Below, piece by piece: positions 45,680 through 54,451 of a stretch of 64,000 bases of DNA. Within the stretch, counting starts at the first letter, position 1. Each line of letters begins with the position of its first letter. A program made the translations under genes and the position numbers. Under the pieces are notes generated by a model, which was not told the origin of the DNA, did not search any database, and worked only from the letters and a program-made list of their open reading frames with translations. This DNA comes from an uncultured Chitinophaga sp. (GTDB lineage Bacteria > Bacteroidota > Bacteroidia > 2-12-FULL-35-15), in the NCBI GenBank assembly GCA_964549315.1, contig CAZJUY010000006.1:45639-109638 (forward strand). Reading direction: 5' to 3'.

Positions 45680-47653
45680 CTATTGTAAGATAATGCTCAA
45701 GTTGTCAACATAAAAATTATTTTCGGAAGGGTTCCAAAAATAAATTTTTAAAATAGCATCCTTTGGTAAGTTATTTGGTAAAATAGATTTCATGCTTATT
45801 TCTTTCCAAACTTCAATTTCTTTAATTTTTTCTGGAATAAATAGTTCTTCTCTAAAAAGTGTTTGGTTTTCTTTTTCAACCGAAACAACTAGGTGAGAAG
45901 TATTACCTTCTTTACAAAAAATAAAAGAAGAAATAATGATTGTTTTTTTTGTGTCTAGCTCTAAAATAGGTTTTGTAATTCCAATGCTGTACTCGTTGTT
46001 TTTATTCAATTTTAAACTGTATTTGCCGTCAAAATATATTTCACTAGAAGTTTCAGAAACATCTTTACATCCTTCTTTTTTTTCGAATGATGTTTTATAA
46101 ACATCTACCGTGTCTTTGTTTGAGTCAATTCCTGCAAAACATTCAAAAACATCACATTTTGCGTTTTTGTTTTTTGTAATAATTTTTACAGGATTACATT
46201 CTAAATTGTTTTTTACAAATAGGGTATATCCCGTATTTATTTTTTTATAATTATCACACTCTTTAAATCCTTTCGAAAGAATAAAAGCATAATTAGCATT
46301 TTCTGGGTCTTCAAATTGGTTGTGAGATTGTACGTATATTATTTTATTAATAGAATCAAAGTTTAATTTTTTCCAGCCAAACCATTCATCCTTTGCAGAA
46401 AAATAGACATTTTTTTTAGCAAGCGCCTCTGCGCTATTTTTGTAGTTTTTAAATGCGCTTAAATCATAGTAAAAAGAAAAATCTTTAAATTTATAAGAGG
46501 CGCAAATAAAGATAACAGTATTCTCATCCTGCATTTTTTTTACCATAGGAACAAAGTGTTTCCAATCATCTTCTCGTTCTTGTGTTATTCTGAAAGATGA
46601 AAAAATAAACAGTAATAGAGGTAAAATGAATGCAAGTTTGTATACATTATTTAACTTAATGTTTGCAAAACAATAGGCTATAAGTAAAAATAGGCCCAAA
46701 CTACTATATAAAATATAACGAGTTAGAAATACAGGAGTGTATTGGGCTATAAAAAAATCCAATCCTATCGGAATAATAAATAATAAGGTAAAAACTGTAA
46801 AATATTTAGAATTGAAATTTTCGTAATACACCCCAATTTTTTTATTTACTATCACTAGAAAAACAAATAAGAATACTAATGTGAGGAATATATAAAACAA
46901 ATTATTATTACCCATTAACAAGTTCGTATGCCATCTAAAATCAGCATAGTTTGGTGCATGTGACCAAAACGATCCTTCTTTAGGAATATTAGATAACAAA
47001 ACATTTACCCATGGTAAAAATGCTAGACTTACTAAAATTTGGCTGGTAAAATAATAGACAACAATTTTTTTATTTTCTTTTAAGAAAAACCAAATACATA
47101 AAAATTGAACAACAAAAATAAAAATTGTTAAATAATGAGTGTAGAGGAGTAGAGTATTTGTTAGGAATAAAAAAATGATATCTCTTTTGTTTTGAGATTT
47201 AATAATATTGAAATAAAAATAAAAGGATAAAATGCATAACAATTGAATTAATGCATAGGGTCTTACTTCAGTAGCGTAAAACTGTTGTGCATTTGAAAAT
47301 AGAAAAAGAAAAGACACTAAATAAGCTGATTGTTTGTTTATGTGCTTTTTTGTAAACAAAAAAAGTACTAATCCTGCTAATGCGCTACATATTACAGAAA
47401 ACATTTTAGCTGACACATCAGAAATCCCAAATATTTTAATCCAAAAATGTAACAATGCTATATGCATTGGTGGATTTTGATCATGCAAAAAAATTTCTTT
47501 TAGTTCTGATAAGCTCTTTTGTGCTTGAAAAATACTGTAAGGTTCGTCACCATACAAACTTTCATTTGTAATTTCATAGCTTCTCACAAAGATGGTGAGC
47601 GATAAAAAAGTCAAAACAAAAAATAGTAAAGGTTTGTTAATCTTTGAAAGCAT
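45680..47653 (-). CDS. GT-C-family glycosyltransferase (ArnT/PMT-like, polyprenol-phosphate-sugar dependent) with a C-terminal beta-rich domain
   Basis: 'LYGDEPYSIFQAQKSL...HDQNPPMHIALLHFWIKIFG' is the first periplasmic-loop DE motif typical of the GT39/GT83 families. There are ~11 TM segments. The C-terminus is '...AILKIYFWNPSENNFYVDNLSIILQ'. Confidence 0.75.
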   Translation of the reverse strand: MLSKINKPLLFFVLTFLSLTIFVRSYEITNESLYGDEPYSIFQAQKSLSELKEIFLHDQNPPMHIALLHFWIKIFGISDVSAKMFSVICSALAGLVLFLFTKKHINKQSAYLVSFLFLFSNAQQFYATEVRPYALIQLLCILSFYFYFNIIKSQNKRDIIFLFLTNTLLLYTHYLTIFIFVVQFLCIWFFLKENKKIVVYYFTSQILVSLAFLPWVNVLLSNIPKEGSFWSHAPNYADFRWHTNLLMGNNNLFYIFLTLVFLFVFLVIVNKKIGVYYENFNSKYFTVFTLLFIIPIGLDFFIAQYTPVFLTRYILYSSLGLFLLIAYCFANIKLNNVYKLAFILPLLLFIFSSFRITQEREDDWKHFVPMVKKMQDENTVIFICASYKFKDFSFYYDLSAFKNYKNSAEALAKKNVYFSAKDEWFGWKKLNFDSINKIIYVQSHNQFEDPENANYAFILSKGFKECDNYKKINTGYTLFVKNNLECNPVKIITKNKNAKCDVFECFAGIDSNKDTVDVYKTSFEKKEGCKDVSETSSEIYFDGKYSLKLNKNNEYSIGITKPILELDTKKTIIISSFIFCKEGNTSHLVVSVEKENQTLFREELFIPEKIKEIEVWKEISMKSILPNNLPKDAILKIYFWNPSENNFYVDNLSIILQ

Positions 47654-47654
47654 G

Positions 47655-48374
47655 TTAGGAGCTGAAATTATACTTTAATATACACCAAATAGCTCTAAAT
47701 CCATCTTTCCAGCCAATTTTTTTGCCTTCTTCATAAGTTCTTCCGTAATAAGAAATTCCAACTTCATAGATTCGAATTTTTGGCACTTTAGAAATTTTTG
47801 CTGTTATCTCTGGTTCAAAACCAAAACGTTTTTCTTTTAGTTTTATATTTTGTATGATTTCTGTTTTAAATAATTTATAACAGGTTTCCATATCTGTTAA
47901 ATTTAAATTGGTAAACATATTGGATAAAAATGTCAAAAATTTATTTCCTATAGTATGCCAAAAAAATAAAATACGATGAGGTTCGCCACCAATAAATCTA
48001 GAGCCATAAACCACATCAGCAAAGCCATTTGCAACGGGTTTTAATAAAATATTATACTCTTCTGGGTCGTATTCTAAATCGGCATCTTGAATAACTATAT
48101 ATTCCCCAGTCGCTAATGAAATTCCTTTGTGTAATGCAGCTCCTTTTCCTTGATTATATTCTTGATTGAATAAGCGAATGTTAAATTGACTGTGCTCGGA
48201 AATATATTTTTCAATTACTTCTTTTGTTCCGTCATTTGAATAATCATTAACAATGATTATTTCTTTTTCAATATTATTTATTAATTCTACTGCAATTACC
48301 TTGTTTAATATTAGGTGAATTGTTGCTGCCTCATTATAAGCAGGAATAATTATAGATAATTTTTTAATTTGCAT
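47655..48374 (-). CDS. Family-2 glycosyltransferase, ArnC/DPM1-like (polyprenol-phosphate sugar synthase)
   Basis: '[14 protein letters not shown]', '[12 protein letters not shown]' and '[12 protein letters not shown]'. The stop (47655) is 2 bp from the stop/start region of the GT-C gene, an operon-like arrangement. Confidence 0.85.
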   Translation of the reverse strand: MQIKKLSIIIPAYNEAATIHLILNKVIAVELINNIEKEIIIVNDYSNDGTKEVIEKYISEHSQFNIRLFNQEYNQGKGAALHKGISLATGEYIVIQDADLEYDPEEYNILLKPVANGFADVVYGSRFIGGEPHRILFFWHTIGNKFLTFLSNMFTNLNLTDMETCYKLFKTEIIQNIKLKEKRFGFEPEITAKISKVPKIRIYEVGISYYGRTYEEGKKIGWKDGFRAIWCILKYNFSS

Positions 48375-48376
48375 TT

Positions 48377-48467
48377 AATTAGAATAACTAATTCATTTTA
48401 ATTGCATTGTTTTTAAAAGCAATTCTTGTTTATTTGGATTCCAAAGATAAACTTTTAATTCGTCTCC
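48377..48467. repeat. Copy A of a 91-bp near-identical direct repeat (1 mismatch versus 50611..50701). It is a relic of the 3' end of the 50609..52504 gene and abuts the GT2 start codon.
   Basis: 'aattagaataactaat[t/c]cattttaattgcattgtttttaaaagcaattcttgtttatttggattccaaagataaacttttaattcgtctcc' is present at both sites. On the minus strand it encodes '...GDELKVYLWNPNKQELLLKTMQLK'. Confidence 0.9.
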
Positions 48468-48544
48468 CATTTTAATTTCAGATTGATTCTGTTATACTAA
48501 GTTATGCCGTCTTTAGTCCCATTCTACAATGGCGAATTAAAATT

Positions 48545-50440
48545 TCATTGCTGATTTTCAATAATCCAAAGTGCATCAATATAGATAGCAGAATCGAGTG
48601 GTATGTTTTTTGTTTTTGCTTTTTCCTCTATTTCTTTTACCCATGCTGGTACACTTTTAATTTCAAGCATTTTGTTAAAAAGTATTTTTTCTTTTGTAAG
48701 AGTGCTATCGTAAACAAAATTTAAATCTAATTTGAGAACATACGCAGCATTTTTTTTAAGGGCTGTTTCCTCTGATATGTTTTCATTTAATGCTTGTTGT
48801 TTAATAATAGCGTACCATTCAGGAGTTGATTTTATCTCTTTGCTTTTTGAATAAATTTTGTTTTTAGCAATAAATTGCTTTAGTTTAATTGGAGATAGAA
48901 TCCCAATAAAATTATAATCTACATCTATATAGGCCCAATTGTTATTATATTTTAAACAATAACTAATAGAATCAATTGCTTCTTTAGTCAATCCTACATG
49001 TTCAAGATTTTTTAAATAATCGCGATGAACCAATAGTTTAGTAATGTTGTCATCTTCTTTCATATAATAAAAAGGAGATGCGTTAGGGCTACTCATTAGT
49101 TCGGGGAAGTATCTTGAAATAAAAATTACATTATCCGGATTGTAAAGCCGAGGGTAATTTTCAAAAAACCAGTTGGATAAAGGCTTTGGTTGATTCGTAT
49201 CCCAATCATATTTAGTTAATGTGGCATGATAATAAACGGTAGCAATTTGTGTGATTATTGAGAAGTAAATAATAATCTTTTGAATTGCTTCTTTTTGTAA
49301 GTCCATTACTAAATAAAAAAAGTGCACCAAAATAAATCCACTAATATAAGTCACGTACCTTAAAACAACTGATTGCCCATGATTCCAGTCATATATTGTT
49401 GCGGAAATGCAAATAGCGCCTATCATTGAAAATACAATAATTAGATCTAAAAATGGGACACCTTTTTTTATAAAAACAATTTTTCTAACAATAAGAAAAA
49501 TATAAGCGAATAAAACAAATGGTATAGCTAGTATTGCACCTTGATTAACATCAAAAAAGAATCCAACAATTCTGTTTACAGTAACATAGTCAAAACTTAA
49601 TGCTCCTTGGTATTTTATCAAATTAGTTTCCCCAAAATGATAGAAATAGAATACTGAAGGGATAAAAACGATTAATATACTCAAGCCGATTTTAATTAAA
49701 TTTTTTAAATTTATTCCGTTGATATATATTACATAAAGTGATAATCCAGCTATGACAATGGCAATGGGTTGATTTTGTAATGAGGCTAAAGAAATTAAGA
49801 ATAACCCCCAATAATATTTTTTAGAAAGAAACAGCCAAAGACCTAATGTTGCAAAACAAACAGTTGCAATTTCAGGGTGTTGCCATGATAAATACCAATA
49901 GTTAGTGGAATAAAAAAATAAAAAAATAAATGCAGCTGTTTTAAATTCATCAAATACAGAGAATTTGAATAGTAGGAAACAGGTTATTAATAATAAAATT
50001 AAATTTGTTAAAATTCCTATAAACAAGGGATTAAAGCCAATAATATTGCAAAGAATTTTTGAAGGAATATTTAATAAAGAGTAGAAAAAAAAGTGAACAC
50101 TAAATTGCTTCCCATCTTTACTAGTAAAAAAGCGATAGTCAAAATCTAATTTTTTATGGTTCTTTTGTGCTACATACTCTTGAACTTCATCATAGTATTT
50201 TGATTTTTGATTGGTTTCCCACTTGTTTACTTTACAGTACGCCTTTTTAAATGATTCAAAATCTTCTTTATTTACGTCAGGACTAAAATGATTATACAGA
50301 GCCTCTGTTGTGATGGTATATTCTACTGCATCTCCATTAGGATACAAAGGTTTTTCCTTGCTTAAGCGAATAATTGCTAAAATGGTAATTAATAATAGAA
50401 CTACTGTTTTGTACATATTTATTTTCAAGCGCATGCTCAT
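48545..50440 (-). CDS. Polytopic membrane protein, GT-C-like (hypothetical)
   Basis: 'YPNGDAVEYTITTEALY' in the first loop, then ~11 TM segments. Its C-terminal domain differs from that of the neighbouring paralog-like genes. Confidence 0.55.
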   Translation of the reverse strand: MSMRLKINMYKTVVLLLITILAIIRLSKEKPLYPNGDAVEYTITTEALYNHFSPDVNKEDFESFKKAYCKVNKWETNQKSKYYDEVQEYVAQKNHKKLDFDYRFFTSKDGKQFSVHFFFYSLLNIPSKILCNIIGFNPLFIGILTNLILLLITCFLLFKFSVFDEFKTAAFIFLFFYSTNYWYLSWQHPEIATVCFATLGLWLFLSKKYYWGLFLISLASLQNQPIAIVIAGLSLYVIYINGINLKNLIKIGLSILIVFIPSVFYFYHFGETNLIKYQGALSFDYVTVNRIVGFFFDVNQGAILAIPFVLFAYIFLIVRKIVFIKKGVPFLDLIIVFSMIGAICISATIYDWNHGQSVVLRYVTYISGFILVHFFYLVMDLQKEAIQKIIIYFSIITQIATVYYHATLTKYDWDTNQPKPLSNWFFENYPRLYNPDNVIFISRYFPELMSSPNASPFYYMKEDDNITKLLVHRDYLKNLEHVGLTKEAIDSISYCLKYNNNWAYIDVDYNFIGILSPIKLKQFIAKNKIYSKSKEIKSTPEWYAIIKQQALNENISEETALKKNAAYVLKLDLNFVYDSTLTKEKILFNKMLEIKSVPAWVKEIEEKAKTKNIPLDSAIYIDALWIIENQQ

Positions 50441-50465
50441 TAAGTAAAAGTAATATTATCTTGTT

Positions 50466-50606
50466 ATCTTAATTTTTTTAGTCTGAATGTCAATCCAATT
50501 ATGAATACTTCCTTCTGTATAGGTTCTAAAATAGTAGAAAAATTCTGATTTGTAAATTCTAATTCAAAACATCTTTTATCTAATTTAATATTTTGTATGA
50601 TTCTCA
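50466..50606 (-). pseudogene. Decayed, internally deleted remnant of an ArnC-like GT2 gene
   Basis: The minus-strand ORF 'MRIIQNIKLDKRCFELEFTNQNFSTILEPIQKEVFIIGLTFRLKKLR' aligns to residues ~172-215 of the intact GT2 at 47655..48374 ('[42 protein letters not shown]'). It shares a 15-nt identical stretch 'aatcatacaaaatat'. Its ATG sits directly after copy B of the 91-bp repeat, just as the intact GT2 follows copy A. Confidence 0.6.
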
Positions 50607-50608
50607 TT

Positions 50609-52504
50609 TTAATTAGAATAACTAATCCATTTTAATTGCATTGTTTTTAAAAGCAATTCTTGTTTATTTGGATTCCAAAGATAAACTTTTAATTCGTCTC
50701 CTGATTTAGTTTGAATAGGAATATCGTTCGCAGAAAAATTCGCACTGAATACACCTTTTGAACTATAAATGAAATCATTTAATCGGTAATTTTTCCAAAA
50801 ATATAGTGAGCCCTTTTCTTGTAGTGACATTATAAAAAATACATTCCCAGCTATATTTTGGTTAGTTTCAAATTCTACTTGGCAAGAAAGAGCTGTTCTG
50901 CCCTTTGGCAAACTGTCGAGTAAAACAATGTTAATTCCCGGACTATATTCAACTTCCGAATTTATTTTAAATGATGAATAATTAGCAATTGTATCAATAA
51001 AAATGCTTGTTTTTTTGAAAATTAATTTTGGTTTTGCTAACACATTTTTAGTAATAGGATAGATCTTAATTATTTCTAATGAATCAACATTTTCATTTTT
51101 TAAATCTTCTGGTCTTAAAAAAAAATAGTCGTCTAAATAGCTAATTCTTTTTGCACGCATTGTTTGGTTTAACCAGTTAAGTTGGTTTGTATTTCTATAA
51201 AAATTTATACTACTTTCTAATGATAGTGGAATGCCTATTGATAGATTAAATTTTTCAGACGACACTTTTTTTATTTTTTCCAAATCGGATAACATGTCTT
51301 TTGTTTCGCAATCGTCTTTCCACTCATAAACATATTTAAAATTAATCGAAAACAGGAAATGTACAATCACGAATAAGGCGAACAGATGAAGACAAACTTT
51401 GTATATATTCTTTTTCAACATTAACTCTTTTACTAAAAAAATAAATACAACTAAAAAAATAGCATATAAAAACAAGACTGCTCTTTCTATCAAATACAGC
51501 GTGCCCAATAAATAATGTTGTAAAACAGTAAAAAATAATATTCCTAGGAATAATAAAAGCATTACCGTTAAAGAGGATAAGTTTTCTGATTTTTTATTTT
51601 TTAAAAAATTGAAAATACTATAGTATAATGCTATGAATATTACAATAAGAATAAATCCCTTGGAAAGTCTTATTAAATAGTATGAAAAATCTAGTCCGTA
51701 CCATAATCGTGGAATAATAGTTCCTAGTGTATCGGTCCATAATCCACTTTCGCCACCCATAAACAACGCTCCAGCTTTACGTAATTCAAAAGAATAGGGT
51801 AGTATTAGAAACAAGAAAGAACCGAATAGGAATGTTGGTAGTAAAAGTTGGTAAATGGTTTTTTTAATAGCATTTATCTTGTTAGTGTTTTTATTATAAT
51901 TGTTATAGAAAAAAATCAGAATGATAATACAGTACAGAACGAAAAAGTAGTTTAATAATGTTAAATTACCTAGTGTGCCTAATGCTGCAAATAGTAGAGA
52001 AATTACAGCATATTTTATTTTAATTTTTTCTGAATTAAACTCAAACAAATAGTATATGCTTGGCATTAAAAATCCTAAAGAAATTCCATATCCGCGAGAT
52101 AATGAAAAAAAATCTAGCATAAAAGGGTTTAAATTCAAAATTAAAAAAGCAGAAATAGAAACCCATTTATTGTTTAATTTGAGAGTTAATTTAGCAGAAT
52201 AGAAAAGAAAAAACAGGTGAGAAAATAGAGTAGTTAGTCGAAGCGTAAATTCAGAAACGCCAAATAGTTTTGTGAAAAAAATCCCTCCAATTGAATTTAG
52301 TATATGATTGTTTGCTGACATCACTCCAAATTCCTTTGGATAATATATCCCGTGCTTAATAAATTCTAAATATGTATAAGATTCATCCCAAGTAATTGAA
52401 AGAAGGTAAGCTCGAGTTACAGTGTATGAAAAAATTAAAACTCCAAAAACAATGATTGTTATGAATGCAATCTTATTTTTGGAGTAAGGATTATTATTTA
52501 GCAT
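50609..52504 (-). CDS. Polytopic membrane protein, GT-C-like, with the shared C-terminal beta-rich domain
   Basis: 'SITWDESYTYLEF' is a DE-type first-loop motif. There are ~12 TM segments. The C-terminus 'GDELKVYLWNPNKQELLLKTMQLKWISYSN' is encoded by repeat copy B. Confidence 0.6.
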   Translation of the reverse strand: MLNNNPYSKNKIAFITIIVFGVLIFSYTVTRAYLLSITWDESYTYLEFIKHGIYYPKEFGVMSANNHILNSIGGIFFTKLFGVSEFTLRLTTLFSHLFFLFYSAKLTLKLNNKWVSISAFLILNLNPFMLDFFSLSRGYGISLGFLMPSIYYLFEFNSEKIKIKYAVISLLFAALGTLGNLTLLNYFFVLYCIIILIFFYNNYNKNTNKINAIKKTIYQLLLPTFLFGSFLFLILPYSFELRKAGALFMGGESGLWTDTLGTIIPRLWYGLDFSYYLIRLSKGFILIVIFIALYYSIFNFLKNKKSENLSSLTVMLLLFLGILFFTVLQHYLLGTLYLIERAVLFLYAIFLVVFIFLVKELMLKKNIYKVCLHLFALFVIVHFLFSINFKYVYEWKDDCETKDMLSDLEKIKKVSSEKFNLSIGIPLSLESSINFYRNTNQLNWLNQTMRAKRISYLDDYFFLRPEDLKNENVDSLEIIKIYPITKNVLAKPKLIFKKTSIFIDTIANYSSFKINSEVEYSPGINIVLLDSLPKGRTALSCQVEFETNQNIAGNVFFIMSLQEKGSLYFWKNYRLNDFIYSSKGVFSANFSANDIPIQTKSGDELKVYLWNPNKQELLLKTMQLKWISYSN

Positions 52505-52512
52505 GAATGAAT

Positions 52513-53169
52513 TTATTCAATAATCATTTCTGGTATTTCTCCTTCTACAATTAGTTTTCCTTCCGTAGCATTTTTTATTTGCTCAACACTAATGCCAGGT
52601 GCACGTTCTAATAATTTAAATCCTTGTGGTGTAACATCCAGCACTGCTAATTCTGTTACTATTTTTTTTACACATTTTACTCCTGTCAATGGCAAAGTAC
52701 ATTTGGTCAAAAGTTTAGATTCACCTGCTTTATTTACATGTTGCATTGCAACAATAATATTTTTTGCTGATGCAACTAAATCCATTGCGCCACCCATTCC
52801 TTTTACCATCTTGCCTGGTATCTTCCAATTGGCAATATCTCCATTGTCGGCAACTTCCATTGCACCCAGAATAGTTAAATCTACTTTACGTGATCTAATC
52901 ATTCCAAAGCTCATAGCTGAATCAAAAAATACAGAACCAGGAACTGTAGTGATAGTTTGTTTTCCTGCATTTATTAAATCAGGGTCTTCTTCTCCTTCAA
53001 AAGGAAATGGTCCCATTCCAAGTAACCCATTTTCAGATTGTAAAACAACATTCATTCCTTGAGGAATATAATTAGCCACTAACGTAGGAATACCAATTCC
53101 AAGATTTACGTAATAACCATCTTTAATTTCTTTTGCGATACGTTTCGCTATTCCAACCTTGTCTAACAT
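52513..53169 (-). CDS. scoB: 3-oxoacid CoA-transferase subunit B
   Basis: 'VNLGIGIPTLVANYIP', 'VVLQSENGLLGMGP' and 'SFGMIRSRKVDLTILGAMEV'. Length is 218 aa. Confidence 0.85.
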   Translation of the reverse strand: MLDKVGIAKRIAKEIKDGYYVNLGIGIPTLVANYIPQGMNVVLQSENGLLGMGPFPFEGEEDPDLINAGKQTITTVPGSVFFDSAMSFGMIRSRKVDLTILGAMEVADNGDIANWKIPGKMVKGMGGAMDLVASAKNIIVAMQHVNKAGESKLLTKCTLPLTGVKCVKKIVTELAVLDVTPQGFKLLERAPGISVEQIKNATEGKLIVEGEIPEMIIE

Positions 53170-53259
53170 ATTAATTTGAAAATTTGAAAGTGTGTCAATT
53201 TGAAAATGGTATTCTCGTTAACACATTATCTGTTTTACTTCGATTCCGTTTTTAATGTT

Positions 53260-53625
53260 TTAATTTGAGTTTATTATAGTTTTATTTTTTGAAGAAGAAA
53301 TAATCTTCGACAATATTTTAACAATCTCTTTTATTTCTTTTTGTAGCAATTCACAATCAGGGTAATTTTCCGATTTTTGGCACAACAATAACCAATACTC
53401 TGTTTCATCTGCTTCTTTGGCTGCAATTTTCATTTTGTGAATAAAATCTGCCTTGCTTTCTGCATTTTGCGCCTCTCTAACATTTGCTCCAATTGATGTT
53501 CCTGACTTTAATAATTGATTTGCAATTACATATTTTCTGTTGGACTCCAACTGTTCGGCAAACTCAACAATCAATAAAGCAAACTCAAACGTTTTTTCAA
53601 CAATAATATTTGGTTTCTCTTGCAT
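53260..53625 (-). CDS. Four-helix-bundle protein (TIGR02436 family, homolog of the 23S rRNA intervening-sequence protein), inserted between scoA and scoB
   Basis: 'KTFEFALLIVEFAEQL...IANQLLKSGTSIGANVREAQNAESKADFIHKMKIAAKEADETEYWLLL'. Confidence 0.8.
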   Translation of the reverse strand: MQEKPNIIVEKTFEFALLIVEFAEQLESNRKYVIANQLLKSGTSIGANVREAQNAESKADFIHKMKIAAKEADETEYWLLLCQKSENYPDCELLQKEIKEIVKILSKIISSSKNKTIINSN

Positions 53626-53732
53626 AGAAATTTTAATTCCTTTTTTAATTTTTTCGTTTTCTCTATTGGAACAGACATCAATCTTTTAATGATGTCAGCA
53701 TTTTCAAATTTCCAAATTGAAAAATTTCCAAA

Positions 53733-54440
53733 TTATTTTTTCCTAACCGTTCGCTGTTCAATTCGTTTTTCATAGTTTACTCCTTGAAAGATTCTGTGTA
53801 CATATATTCCTGGTGTATGAATATGATCTGGATTTAATTCTCCAGAAGGAACTAACTCTTCTACTTCTGCAATTGTTATTTTTCCAGCCATTGCCATCAT
53901 AGGATTAAAATTTCGTGCAGTTTCTCTAAAAATTAAATTGCCATGAGTATCTCCTTTCCAAGCTTTCACAATAGCAAAATCTGCATCAAAAGCCATTTCC
54001 ATTAAAAATTCTTTTTCTGCACCATCTACTTTAAAAGTTCTTGTTTCCTTTCCAATTGCTACTTCTGTTCCAACACCAGCAGGAGTGAATATTGCAGGCA
54101 TTCCGTATCCCGCTGCTAAACAACGTGTAGCTAATGTGCCTTGTGGAATTAATTCTACTTCCAATTCACCACTTAATAATTGACGTTCAAATTCAGCATT
54201 TTCTCCTACGTAAGAAGAAATCATTTTTTTTACCTGACGTGTTTTAAGCATTAAGCCAATTCCAAAATCATCAACACCAGCATTGTTTGAAATACATGTT
54301 AATCCTTTTACTCCTTTTTTTACAATTGCTGAAATGCAATTTTCTGGAATTCCACATAAACCAAAACCGCCAAGCATTAAAGTCATATTGTCTTTAATAT
54401 CATTTATGGCTTCATCAGCATTTTTTACTGTTTTATTCAT
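53733..54440 (-). CDS. scoA: 3-oxoacid CoA-transferase subunit A
   Basis: 'DNMTLMLGGFGLCGIPEN', 'CISNNAGVDDFGIGLML' and 'ELEVELIPQGTLAT'. Length is 235 aa. Confidence 0.85.
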   Translation of the reverse strand: MNKTVKNADEAINDIKDNMTLMLGGFGLCGIPENCISAIVKKGVKGLTCISNNAGVDDFGIGLMLKTRQVKKMISSYVGENAEFERQLLSGELEVELIPQGTLATRCLAAGYGMPAIFTPAGVGTEVAIGKETRTFKVDGAEKEFLMEMAFDADFAIVKAWKGDTHGNLIFRETARNFNPMMAMAGKITIAEVEELVPSGELNPDHIHTPGIYVHRIFQGVNYEKRIEQRTVRKK

Positions 54441-54451
54441 GATAAATAATT

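Noticed and set aside
53630-53730. Inverted repeat 'gacatca N9 tgatgtc' considered as a terminator after scoA
   Set aside because: The stem is short and has no flanking T-run on the transcribed strand, so it is a weak candidate only. I did not list it as a feature.
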